NCBI GenBank assembly: GCA_958009085.1
Contig: OY253673.1
Coordinates: 310,001 to 374,000, forward strand
Source: Protoeuglena noctilucae
Lineage: Eukaryota
Length of the DNA stretch: 64,000 bases
Direction of reading: 5' to 3'
A program made the position numbers and the translations under genes. The notes beneath the pieces are model-generated. The model saw only the letters and a list, made by a program, of their open reading frames with translations, had not been told where the DNA came from and did not search any database. Positions 1 through 12,700 of the stretch are shown here, piece after piece; within the stretch, counting starts at the first letter, position 1, and each line of letters opens with the position of its first letter.

Positions 1-2206
1 TGTCAAGACGCCAGGGCTTCTTCTCGAACCTGCGTTGGCATCGGGAACGAACCCCACTGACATGACAGGGCGTGGCTCGGGAAGGCCAACGAGCGAGTGT
101 GATATGTTGGCACGTAGGCGTGTCGTTACGCAAGCGGCTCCATCTAAGGGCCGTCACCAGAACACCGGGGACGACAGCCAGGACGTGGGGATGCGGTCGA
201 AGTTGGGAACGCGCCAATCAAAGACGTACACTGCGGAGAGATGAGAGAGGCGCTGCGGTGGCGACGTGGCCGCATCCCCTATGCACGCATGCACTGCTTC
301 TGCACTCCGCTGCTGCCAGAGCTGCTGGTCGCTAGGGCCCTGCCGCGTGACAGAGCCGCATGCCAGTGCACGGGGCGCCACTGTGTGTCTGACGCACGCA
401 CCCACGCGGCAGCTGGGGTCCCGGGGGTTCATGTTGTCGAGCTGGGTGAGGGCGGGGGCGCTGTCCTGCGCGTTCCGCGAGTCCATCGCGAGGTCCGCGG
501 GGCCACGCTGGCCCAGAATCCCCGGCTCTGCTGCGACCTGCGACGACGCCGACTGACCCACCGCCTGCGGGGCGGTTGTGCCTGCCAGCCGCCCCGCCAC
601 CACCGCCTGGATGACCGCGGGGTCCAGCCGGGCCAGCGCGTCCGCCGCGCTCAGCGCCGCGGACACCGCGGGCGCTGCCATCGGTGCCCCGCGCATCCCC
701 GCTGCCGCCCCCGTGTAGCCGCCCACGCTGCCCATGCCTGCCTGTGCCTGGCCCATCGGCGCGTAGCCCCCCACGTTCGCCACCTCTCCCACCCGCGGCG
801 CACGCACGGCGGGAGACTCGGGGCCCCGGGCGTCCACCGCGCCGCGTGCCATGCCGGTGCCTGGACCGTCAAACTGCACCCTGCGCCAACGTGGGGCGCG
901 AACCGGCATGTCGCGCCTTGAGTGACTGCCACTGACCAGCAGGTCGCGTGCGACCGGCCCCGCGAGCACTGCTATGCATTGCGCTGCAATGTGCTCGCGC
1001 TGCCCCAGGTGACCCCTGGCAGTGCCGTGGGACCCTCTCGCACCCGCTGCCCAGCAATTCCTGCACCCTGTCATCACCTTTCGCCCACCACGATGGGCGG
1101 CCTTCGGTACTCGCTTGCACCCGCGCTGTCGTTGCCCTGCCAACCGGCCCCGTCCGCATCTGCACGGCCCCGCTGCGCCGAGTTGTCGCCGCGGCCCCTG
1201 TTGTTCTGCGCGCCCCATTCCCCTCGTCCGCCTCTTCCCCGATTGGAGCCCCCTCGGCCCCGGCGCTGGCCGTCGTTGCCGTCCCAGCCCCCGTCGGCTT
1301 GCCCGTACCCGCGGCCCCTGCCGCGTCCCCTTCTGCCTCCGCCTCTGCCTCCGTAGCTTTCCTGGCCGCCCTGCTTGGGCAGACAGCGAGGCGCGGGCGT
1401 CGCGTGAGGGGCATCGGAGGTACGCGGCGGGGAGGGAACCAACCGGCGGATGCTGTGGGGCGGCGCGCCCCGCATCGTGCGCTGCATATACAGCGCAAGC
1501 GCTGGAGAATGGTAGCTATGAGCACTGCGCTTTCCGTCAGGGAGAATCGGCATTGGCCGGGGCCGGAGGCGGGCGTGGCGGGGGTGCAACCATTGCGGCG
1601 ACCAAGTCGCCGGCTGCATCGCCTGGCGTGCGGCGGGGTGAGGTCTCCCCATCTGCCTCGACGCTCTCGGCGTTGTCTGCCCTCGGCGACAGGCAATCGC
1701 CCCGCGGAGGGCGACGAGGCGGCGATGCTCGGCCCCGCAGGCCGGAACGCCCACCAGGATGGTCACTGAGCCCATACACCCCCATACACCACCGCCCAGT
1801 GATCTCCACCTGCTCAGACTCCAGGGGCCTCGCTCCCACGGCTTCGGGATGATATCTTCCGCCCCTCATGGCGTCCTGCTCCCCTCGAGCGCACTCGGCG
1901 CCTCGATCCACGCGCCAGAGATGGCGAGATCGAGCTTTGGGACCTTCTTGATGAAGCGCTCGCCGATTCCTGGGCGCCAATTCCTCCCCCCGCCAACGAT
2001 CAGAGCGGGATGGGGACCAGGCAGCGTCCCGAGGTAGTAAGCGATGAGGAAATGCAATGCGGGTGGCTAAAGACTGGTCATGACAGCGCGGCGAGCGCGC
2101 AAATGGAGAGATCGGGAGCCAATGCCCTGCTAGAGACTGAAGTTTTGGCAGGCGCCTGATTTTGCTGCTTTGATCTGCCTGTTTGTTGCCTGGACCTCAC
2201 CTGCAT
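1..2206 (-). CDS. MATH/TRAF-domain protein with RGG-rich low-complexity N-terminal part (3'-partial, runs off the left edge; 5' end uncertain)
   Basis: Joining the exon ending ~402 to exons 230-158 and 29-1 via GT-AG introns gives DPSCRVVYVFDWRVPNFDRIPTSWLSSPVFWFEKKPWRLD, which resembles the start of a MATH domain (W-x-I/V-x-NF...SP-x-F...WRL). The upstream frame at ~1074-1380 is RGG-rich ([15 protein letters not shown]...). Confidence 0.6.
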
Positions 2207-2453
2207 CCTCAGAAGAGGAGTTCGTCTGTGCACTTGCCCTCTTCTTCCTGGTTTCCCCTTCCCAAGCTGCATCCACACGCATCTTGATGCCGTTGCACGC
2301 CCATTCAGGGCGATTTCGGGCATTCGCGGCTCGCTCTTGACGTGTCTTTTCATAAAGTTACGTGTGCAGCATCGCAAGGGGTCCCTTCCACGCAAGGGGC
2401 GTGGCATTTTGGCGTTTTGAGGCGCCCGGCGCAGCCCCAGTGCCGATGTCGCG

Positions 2454-5400
2454 ATGATGAGTACGACGAGCCCCGAACAGGTTAGCTGGGCTGAAGAAGT
2501 GTAGAGCGCAGGGCACCGGCTGCGCCACGGCTGCCCTCATGCGCCCAAGCCCCCGTGCAGGCGTCGCGGTTGCTCGGTCAGGCCCTCTCGGACGCCCAGC
2601 TGCATGCCGACATCGAGGAGCGGTACCTTTCCGGACTGCGCGAGGCACTCTTCGAGTCCCGGGGCGGTGATGGGCCACAGCACGCGCGTGCAGCGGAGAC
2701 ACTGACCCGGCACCCGGGCCTGTCCCCGCCCCGCGCCTGGCCCGCCGCGTTCGGCCCCGAGCCCCGGACGCCCGAGTACCGCCTGTCCCTGCGCCGCACG
2801 AGCCTCGCCATGTCCCCCGATCGAGTGTCGCTGTCCCTGGCGTCCCTCCTGAGCTCCCCCGGGACCCTCACGGGGCCTCGCACGCCCCACGTGGGCTCCG
2901 CAGTCTCCACGCGCGCATCCCACGCGCCTGCCACACGCGCAGCGCGCGAGGCTGCGAGCCCGGAGGACTCAGACGACGGTGGGGCGGGTGTGGGTGAAGG
3001 CGGGGCGGAGGGCCAGGTCGTGGGAGGGCTGAGTGGGCAGCGGGACTCGCCGTCACCACCGGGCGGGGTCGAGGGCGCAGGGATGCAGCGGGTTGTGGGT
3101 GGGGAGGCACCAGGATGTGAGGCGGGTCCGGTGGCCAGGCGAGAGCCTGAGGGGCTGGCAAGCACGAGTCAAGCGCCATGGCCGGACGCGACTGCACATC
3201 CTGGAACCGCCCGGGGCAGTGCAGCGGCGCTCCAGGCGCTGCGGAGGCCACCCCCGGCCCCGGGCCGCCCCTCTTCGCTGTTGCTGCGGTCCCTGTCTGG
3301 GTCGCTGCTCCGTGCGCCCCCGCCGCGGCTGACTGTGAGCGACGACGGGGAGAGCGGGGAGGACGGCGGGCAGTCGGGGCGGGCGTCTCCGCGAGCGGGG
3401 CTGTGGCTGGTGCCGATGCAGGGACCGGGCAGGCGACAAGAGAGGCGGCAGTGGGCCAAGGAGCGTCCGCAAGACATGGCGCAGGTGCGTGGTCGATGTG
3501 ATAGCCACCGGGGTAGGCATATTGCATGGTGTTGTCGTGGCCACGGATCGCTGCTTTGCTAATCAGCCGCTGTGTCCTTCTCACCTCGCAGGCACAAAGT
3601 GGCGAGGTAAACTCGCACCCCGGGCGCTCCGACGGCCAGTCCGCGGCCACTGGGCCTCCTCGCCCCATCGCCGCCCCCTCTGCTGCACCCGTCAAAGCTG
3701 CAGGAGAGGTCGAGCGCACCGTCAACCACACCGCCGCTGCCTTCTTCGCCAGGCCAGGCCGAGCTGCCGGAGCAGAGGAGGGCTCTGTGACGTCGACCGT
3801 GCGTCCTGCAGAGGGGCCCTTGAGACTTACTCAAACGCAATGGGACGGTCCGTCGCGACCCCTGCAGCCGAGCCCTGGGGCCTCCGGGACCCCCACGGTC
3901 GCACACGCGGCTGTCGAGGCGGAGGGGCCGGGCGGCCACGGCAGCCCGGGTCATGGGGCGTGGACAGGCCCGGAGGGTCACCCCATGCCAACGCGCAAGG
4001 GGCGGGGAGGCTGGGCAGGCAATGGGGCAAGCTCAGAGGCTGCCTGTCAGACGGAGGGCGCATTCCCTGCGGGTGAGGAGAAGAGTGGCAACGAAGCGAG
4101 CTCGCGGGTCCCGGTCAGCGAGCGCGAGGGGTGGGCTGGGTGGGACCGAGGGCCGGCGGGGTCTCTTTCTGGCCAGGGTCCTTGGCCGTGGGTGCCGGGG
4201 CCGGGGTGGGCGTCGCATACCGGTGTTGCGCACTGGCCGGGCGCTGTCGCGAGGGGTGCGGAGCCGTGGCCGGTAGTGACAGTGTCCATACCTCTGCCGG
4301 TCCTGGGGGCACCCGCCATGCCGGCTGTGGCGTTCACCGCCCCGCCGCAAGTGTCGGTCTCGACGGCAGGTGGCGTGGCGAGGACTGCGGTCGGAGAGTC
4401 GCCTGAGGCAGTTCAGGAGACGCCGCTTTCCACCGCCACACCGCAAGGTGCGACGCCGAGTGTGGCGGACACACCAGCACCGCCTGGGAGCGCCCTGCAG
4501 TCCCAGTTGCAGTCGCAGCAGGGTAGCAACGCATACCGGGTGGGCAGTGGAGTTCTGTTGAAGTCTTTAGGGCCAGAAGAGGTCAGCGGTGCGGGGCGGG
4601 GGGTTTATAGGGTCTCGGCGCTGCGTGGGGTGGGTGGGGTGGACGACGGGGCGGGCGCTGGAGAAGCGGACGAGGCGATAGTGAAAAGGAGAGGGCGTAG
4701 GGGGGTGGCGGTGCGCGCTGGGAGGGGCGGGAGGGCCAAGGGACGCGGGGGTGGCGTCAAGGGAGGTCGTGGGAGAGACGCGGGGCCTGGAGAGGCGTCC
4801 CAGACAGGGGCCGAGGCGAGCGTCGTGAGGGAGCGAGACGTGTCGGCCGACGATCGCATCCGTGGGGCAGGCGGCGCGAGCGAGGGGGTGGCTGCTGGGC
4901 CCGCAGCTGTGGCGGAGGGAGGTGGCGTGGTGGGAGTGGAGAGCCGCGAGGTCAATCGTACTGGCGCCAACTCTGGCGCTGCGGAGGCGACGGAGGGTCC
5001 CAGGCGCAGTCCAGGGACGGGGGCTGACGACGCTTTGCCAAAGGTGGAGGGGGCAGGCGATGACTGCCTGGGGCGAGTCACCAGGACCCTGTCATCAAGC
5101 GCCATCAACGATGCAGGGACTGGTGGCGGTGTGGAAGAGAGCACGTCACGAGCACAGGGGGGCGCTGTAGTGGTTGCCTCGGATCCACGCCCGGCGTCAG
5201 CGAGGGGCACTCGCTCCGCGTCATCTCCCGTTCGCCGACTGACCTGGGAAGCCGCCGTGGCGGACGGTGTGGCCCAAGACACCGAAACCGACGCGGCGGG
5301 CGCAGAGGTCAGCGCGTGCGCAGAGTGTGGCGGCGGGGAAGGGGCTGCGGCGAGCGCGGCGGTTGACGACGAATGCGACTCCCCGCGAGGGTGCGCGAGT

Positions 5401-6512
5401 GCAAGTCAGGGTGCACGGCCCCGCCCTGCGCCAGTGCCACGCTCGGCCCCGAGCGCTGCGCTGGGGCGGCCTCGCGTGTCCCGGGGATCGCATCGGGCTC
5501 GTAACGCGGCCTCCGTGCGGCACAGTCAGTCCTCGGGAAATCTCGCGGCCCTTGACCCCGAGTCCGAGCGGCTGCAGCGGGCGGCGGCCTACCGGGCGCG
5601 TCGAGCGCAGCAGGCGGCGCAGTCGCTGGAGAGCATGCTCAGGTTCGCCATGAGCCGGGCGCAGGCGGAGGGGCGGGGCGATACGGCCCTTCGTGGGCAC
5701 CACCGGCAGGCAGCGCGGCGCGCATGCCTCTGCCCGCCTCGGCAGGACAGGCAGCCTGTGGCGGCCCTCAGCGCGGTTACAGTAGGGTCGCAGCCCGGGA
5801 GTGGGGCCCAGGAGGACAGCAGGCGTGCGCCATGGCTGATGCGCAGCCTGGATGACGGGTGAGGAATGCAGTGCGGCTTGTCCACTCTCACTCTCTCTGC
5901 CTGTGAACCCATGGTTGATCTTAGAATGTGCCCATGCATGTGGGCAGCTCCTGCATGTCTCCCAGCTGTTGGCAGGACTTTAGACTCGAACACGGTCGTG
6001 CATTGCCGCAGGCCGTCCCCAGCGATGCTGGCGCTGAACTCTGAGGAACGCGCTGCGGTGGTGGAGGAGGTCTATGCGATCGCGCGCGCCGTGCGGGATC
6101 TCGCGGCAAATGCACGCACCTCCGATGAGCGGGCGGCAGCCAAGCAACTCGCGGAGAAGCTTGAGGAGTTGGAATGGGAGACGCGGGTGGGTCGCATGAG
6201 GCGCAGCGGACCCCTGTGATGCTCGTTTAGAAGCGCTGAGCTGTGCCTGGAAAGCTCGGAGCTACTGCTGGCAAGCCGGTGTCGGTATCGCTTCGCTGTC
6301 TTTGAAACAGTAGTGTTCAGGGTACCAGTGCGCCACTGAGGCGAGAAAGGCATAGAAAAGAAGGATGCGACTGCAGTGAGGGCGCGGATGCTGGACTGCA
6401 GCGCCTTGGGAAAATAGCTACAGCGCTGCTTGTCGGAGACGGGAGAGATGCTCTCTCTCACCGAGGCTGTCGTCAAGTGAAAAAGGCCGCTGATGCCATG
6501 CTTGCTTGCTAA
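2454..6512 (+). CDS. Hypothetical long low-complexity (G/A/S/P-rich) protein with a short C-terminal helical/coiled-coil segment
   Basis: ATG at 2454 with GT-AG introns at about 2481-2560, 3485-3591 and 5859-6011 links the long ORFs 2555-3562 and 3526-5862 to EERAAVVEEVYAIARAVRDL...KQLAEKLEELEWETR. The last exon is uncertain. Confidence 0.5.
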
Positions 6513-6703
6513 TAAACGAAACTACCCAAACAACGCAACAGCCACTCTCGGCTGTGCCAAACAACCCACTCCTTGATGGGTCGTACCAACCAACCCGGCT
6601 TTCTATCAACAGACCGCTCCTGTCCACCATGCCTCCCGTGGCCAACCACTTCAACCCGCTCTTGGCCACCACCATGCCTTCATGTGCCCAGGGCGAGGCC
6701 CAA

Positions 6704-9700
6704 TCAACCCTCAAGCACCACCTTGCGTCGCTTTCGTGCCTTCGCCCGGCCCCCGTCACCCGTGCCCTCATCCCCCGGATGCTGCAGACGCACCTCACTC
6801 TCCCAAGGCAGCTGCGTCTCGGGGATGCTCGTCGCCACCACCTGCAAGCTGGCCGGGGCCGGTGGCGCCGCACGCATGGCCCCATCGCCTGCCCAAGCAG
6901 GGCTGCTCCCGGCCCCCGTCGCTGGGCTGGACGCGACCGCAGACGGCGCGCCGCTCGAGCACTGCAGCGCCGACTCGGAATTGCGCCGCTTTAGGCCCCC
7001 ACTCCGCTCCGCCACGTCAGCGATGCCACCAGCGCCGCCGTCCCTGTGACCAGCCACCCCTGCGGCAGGCACCACGCCTCCCGCGCCCGCAGCCAGCGCG
7101 TCGCCGTTGCCAAAGCGGGGCGAGGACGCAGCTCCCCCAGAAGCACTCCGCACCAGCGCCACCAGCGTGCCTTGCCCCAACCCATCGCCATCGCCATCCG
7201 CGGTCTGCAATGCCCCACCCCACGCGGGCTGGGACCCCCGAGGGCTCAACAGACGGACGTCCCCTGCCTCCTCCAGTGCCCGACTCGCGACCGAAGCCTT
7301 GGACCGCCGCGTCAGTACCACCTCAGCGTTGGCAGCGTCCCTGGGAGCTGCGTGCGGCCTAGCCGGGCGCTTCACCAGCGCCTCAGCTGGCGGCCGGCCG
7401 GGCTCTCGCTGCCCACGGTCGCTGCCAATCTCCGGCGCAGGCACGGGGCGCTCCTGCACCCCGGTTGGCTCGAGGGGCCCCAAAGCCACCGATGCAGGGT
7501 GACCGCCACCCTCGCCCTCGCCCGCCGGCCGTGCACCGTCCAGACCCCTTGCGCTCCTGTCGTCTAAGTCGACAGTCCGCCCACGCGGGCTTGACCAAGA
7601 AAGCTCACCCGGACCGTGCGCGCGGCCCCATCGGCTGCCATGGCCCCCGCGCCCGTCCTCAAAGCCCGGTCGCGCCTTCCCTCTCCCAGGCCCATCTCCG
7701 CCCTCGCGGCCGCCACGAGAGTCTCGTGCTGGCCAGCTCTCTGGTCGGCCTGAGACGCATCCCGGTGCGTCGGCAGCGATAGCGGCTGCCAAGGGGGGCC
7801 TCCCAGCGTGTGCGCCCAATCCCCGTGAAAGGGCAGCGACGTTGGATGTCGCGCCGTAAGCCCCGCGGCCAAGGCGGGGAAGAGGCGGGGGCGACAGGGG
7901 CGAGCTGCGTAGGGCATCTGCAGGGCTGTCATCGACTGCAGGAGCGTCGTTGTGAGCTGGCGAGACCACGGTCGCGATGGGCGGCGGTGGGACATCGAGG
8001 TCTGTGAGTATCTGCTGCAGTGCCGCCACAAGCGGCGGTGGCTGGGCCATGTCTGAAGCAGGCTGGGTTAGGGCGATTGGTGCCGGCACCACTGCCGCTC
8101 GTGCATGCAGCACGGCTGGTGGGGGGCCGTCGAGCACCCCAGGGCTCGTCGAAGCATCGAATGGCGCGCTCTGCAAAGGCCCAGTGGCCAGGGATCCCAC
8201 TGGCCCCGGGTCTGCGGCACCCACCGATGGCGCGCTGCCCAAGTGAGCGACGGCGTCCATCATGACAGCACCTGCCACAGCGGGACCGGTGGGCTCCGAG
8301 ACGCCTGGCTGGGAAGGGGCCTCAGGCGGGGCCACAGCCACAGGCACTGGCAAGTCGGGCACAGGTGCCATCGCTCCCACACGATCTATGGGCAGGGCCT
8401 CGCAAGGGGGCTCGGGGACCTCACTGGGCCGCACATCGACGTCCACGGCAGTAACGGAGGTGTCTGCCGCCTCTCCTCTCCCGCGATCCTCGTCTTGCTC
8501 CCTTCCGCCACCCACATCCCCACCCGCACCCGCACCACCACCGCTGGCAGCCTCGGCAGCCGCCGTTGCCAGCCCCGCCACCTCAGCCCGCTCCGCCGCC
8601 CGCGTGCCCCGCGCTGCACCTCCCTCCTCGTCCCCCGTCGACGCCCCATGCCCAGCGCTGCTCTCTGACCGTGGCCGCTTCCTCGCCCCTCCCCGCACCC
8701 CCTCGCCACCCCCAGCAGGGCTGCCCGTCCCCGATCGCAGCAAAGCGCCCTTACCCACCCTCGGTTGCTTGGCCTTGACATCGCCGCCAGCTGCCTCGGT
8801 CAACCCGCCCATGGCCGTTTTGCCAGCCTCCTTCCCAGCTCTGCCTGTAGCCTTGCTTGGAGCCTTGCCTTGGGCCTTGGCTGGTGCCTTGGCTGGTGCT
8901 TTGCCTAGGGCCTTGGTCGGTGCCTTGGTAACCCCCATAGCCGATTTGGGCGCAGCGCCAGGGACCTTCCCCGCCCTAGCCTTGCGCGCTTGCGAACCCT
9001 TCGCGCTGGCCACCCCCACGCCACCGCCAATGGCCTTGGACAGTATCGCGCTTCCCCCGCGCCCACGCCCACGGCCCCCCACGCCCCCGCGCCCTGCCCC
9101 AGGCGCTACCTTGGTCACTTGCTTAAGAACACCCCTGCCGGCCGCCGCTCCATTCCCAAGGCCCCGTCCTGCAGTCTTCGTGCCACGCCCGCCCGCCGCC
9201 GCCCGGCCCCTGCCCCCAGCTACCCGCCGCCTCTGCCTCTCTTGACCATCGCTGTCACTGTCGCTATCATCGCTGCTATCGCTCCCCGAGCTCAACCCCG
9301 ACGACGTCGTCTCGCCACCGTCATCGCTCTCATCCGACGACGCAGACGAGGAAGCAGATGAGGTAGCAGACGAAGAGGCAGAGGACACCGACATGGGAAT
9401 CAACGGCGACCCGGCTGCGCGACTGATGGGCGCGGCATGGTGCCCAGGAGTGCGTGCGCTGTCGCCCTGACCACCGCCGCGGTCCCCGTCGCACTGACCC
9501 TCGTCTTCAGAGCCACTCGACGAGTCCTCCAGGTCCCGGGCGGCGACGGCGAGGTCCGTGTCCCCCGGCTCAGGCGCCCCCTCCACCGCAGCGAGGAGGC
9601 GCAGTGGCCCGACGCCGCGGGCGGGGTCGGTGGCTGCAGGGTCGGTAGCCGCAGGGTCGGTGGCTGCCGGGTCGGTGGCTGCGGGGTCGGTGGCAGCAGG

Positions 9701-12700
9701 GTTGATGGCTGCCGGGTCGGCAGCTGCGGGGTCGGCAGGTGCAGGAGCGTTGGCTGCAGCGTCGGCAGCCGCCTCTGCCGTCGCTGTGCCATCGTTGGCC
9801 GCCTCCGGCCCTTCGTGAGCCGTCGTTGGCACATCCTGGGCCGTCGCGCCCTCAGCTGCGCCCTCCTCTCCTTGCACTGCTGCCCTCGTCTCTCGCTCAG
9901 ACGCAACTGCGTGCTCTGCTCCAGTGCCGCCCTTTGCAGCAAGAGGCTGTGGCGTCGCATCCGCATCGGCGCGGTCTGCAGAGGGCGGGGAGAGGGAAGA
10001 CGTCAACCAGTCGTCCGCAGGCTCATAGACTCTGACGTAGGAAACGTGATGAACTGACGAAAACATCACTCACGCACACCCCAGCCCCGCATGCTAACCT
10101 GGGCCTTCTCGTCCCACGGACCCCGGTCCCATTTGCCCAGCCTCCGCGTCTGATCGCGAGCCGCGCTCTGCGCTGTCCCTGTTCGCGAGGTCGTCGAATG
10201 ATCCCATGGCAGGTGCTGAGTCAGGCTGCACGGCGGGGGGCGGGTGGTCCACGACCCCGTCCTGACCCTGCTCGCCACCGCTGCCACCGTCCCCGTCGCG
10301 CGCAGGCACAGCGCCCTCTGCTGCCGCTCCTGGCGAGTGCGCAGGCGAGTTGTCTGCTGGTGCTTGTGGCGAGTGCGCAGGCGAGTGCGCAGGTGACCTG
10401 TCAACTGGCGCTTGTGGCCAGTGCACGGGCGAGTGCGCAGGCGACCCTTCGGCAACGGCCTCTGCCCTGTCAGGCACCCCAAGGCTCGCCCCATCTGCGA
10501 CAACGCCATCCACCTCCATCCCCGGCCTGTCACTAGCACCCCCACCCACCTCCATTTCTAGCTTATCAGAGAGCCTCGGTGCCACGACTGCACTTGCACC
10601 CACAGCCGCCCCTCCGTCACCACCCTCGGGCACATCCTCGCCACCCCCGTCACCGCTACCAATGCCATGCGGGGCCTCCAGGAGCGAAAGTGGTTGATCT
10701 TCCACACCGCCAACCCCATCGCTGCCGGCCGTCATTGGTGCTGATGGTGGTTCGGGCAGCTCCCCCGCCTCGGCCGCCGCAGTCCCTTCAGGGCTACCGT
10801 ATCCCATTGCACTTGCGGCAAACTTGCAACCATTGGCCTCCTCTTCCATCTCCCCTGCCATGCGACCCCTGTCGATGTCCCGCGACTCTCCCTGCACCGC
10901 CAGTGGCCCCTCTGACCCGCAATGCTCCCCATCGCTGAGTGGCTGCGCCAAGGGGCCACCCTTTGTGACACCCAGCGTCTGTGCCAAGGGGTCACCCTCC
11001 ATGACACTCAGTGACTGTGCCAAGGCGTCTGGCAGAAGCCCCGTCATAACCTTTCCCTCCCCAGAAAGCGCACTGCAACCCCCAGCCATCTCATCCACCC
11101 TCTCCGCATCGCCGACCGAGCCCTCGGCGTCGCCTGGGCGTTGATCGTCGGCCGCATCGAGTACCGGGGGCTCCTGGGAAGCAGCAGTCTCAGGCTCGCA
11201 GGGCGCCAACGGCGCTGCAGCTCCCTCGTCCACACGCAGCTCTGCCCGCGCCTCAGCTGGAGAGACCGGGAGCGACCCCACCGCAACCGCATCACCACTG
11301 TCGCCGTCTGCGCCTCCCCTCTCTGCTTCTGAGCGTAATGGCTCCTGAGTCAGGCCGGCATCCTCCACGTCCGCAGCGCGCGTTCCGCTTGCCACCACAG
11401 ACACAGGGACCCCACCAGCCCCATCTGACTCCACAACGCCCTTAGCTTCCCTCGACACCGTCGGATCATCGACAGCAGCCGCGGCATGCGGTGCACCACC
11501 CGGCTCAACCGCTGCCCGGTCAGGCACCCCTCTCGCGCCCTCCCCACGCCCAGCACTCGCGTCCAGCCCTGCCCCGCCCACGCACTCCTCTGCACGCGCC
11601 CCCTCACCCCCGCCACCCGCGTCACCCTCACTGAGCCCCGCTGCCCCATTTTCACCCACGCCACCCGCACTGCTCTCGGCCCCCGCGTACCCGACGTATG
11701 TGCCGCCCGCCCCGCTACCCCGAAGCCCCATGGAGCCGATCGAGACCCCCCCGCCACCGCTTCCCGACGCGCCGCCACCCTGCGTCTGGGCCATGCGCAA
11801 TCCACGCTCGAACCCATCCATCCACGCCTGCCGCAGCAACGCCTCACGCTCCAACCGCGCGCCCTCCGCCATCCACCGTGCACGTTCGTCCTCCCAATGC
11901 ATTGGCGCCCCCGCGAGGACAGGCCCAGCGCCCGCCGCTCCACGCGCCCCGCCCCACTCTGGCCCCGCGCCAGGGGCGGCAGAGGCCTCAGATCCGGGAG
12001 CCGCGCCCAATGGGACCCGACCGCCCCCACCCCGCGCCTGCCTCTCAGGCAACAGCTCGGGCACAGGCTCGGCGGCCCTGCCCGTCGTCAGCGGCATGGC
12101 TGCAGGTAAAGCAGCCGCCGCTGATGGTTGCTTCTCTGCTGCCGGCCGCTCCGTCGGGTCGGGCAAACGCGGTGCGGCGACCTGTGCGGCGGCTGTGGCG
12201 CCCGGCCCGCCCTCCCCAGGCCTGCTCGCCGGCCCAGGATTCCCGAAGATCTGGGCAGCCTCCTTCAGCAACGCGCCCTCTTCGTAGTTAATGGGCTCCC
12301 CCGTCCCCGGCCACCGCCGCGTCTCGCCAGCCACCCCAGGGCTCGCCAGCGGGGGTTGCGCCAGGGCAGGGGTCGGCACCACAACATCCGCGGGGTGCCC
12401 CGCAGACCCCTGACGGCGTTCGGCACCCTGGAGGCTCGCGAGGCTGTCGCGGCCTGCTGACTCGTGGCCGCTGACCATGGCGACCAAACTCGCGCTGGGA
12501 CCCGTGGCTGCGCCTGGGGCTCCCCCGGAGCCACGCGGGCTGCTGCCCAGGGGCGCGGATAAGCCAGCGGGCGACGCGAACGTCGCAGCGGCGCCTGGTG
12601 AGCTCACGGTTGTCTCCAGCGCAGCGACATTGTCCGCGGCGGCGCGCAGAGCACCACCCGGCCGTAACAGCGGGACTGGGCTGTCGAGTGGCACACGACC

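Noticed and set aside
2454..2494. ATGATGA...CTGA as a C/D snoRNA
   Set aside because: Too short (~40 nt), has no terminal stem, and coincides with a plausible start codon and splice donor.
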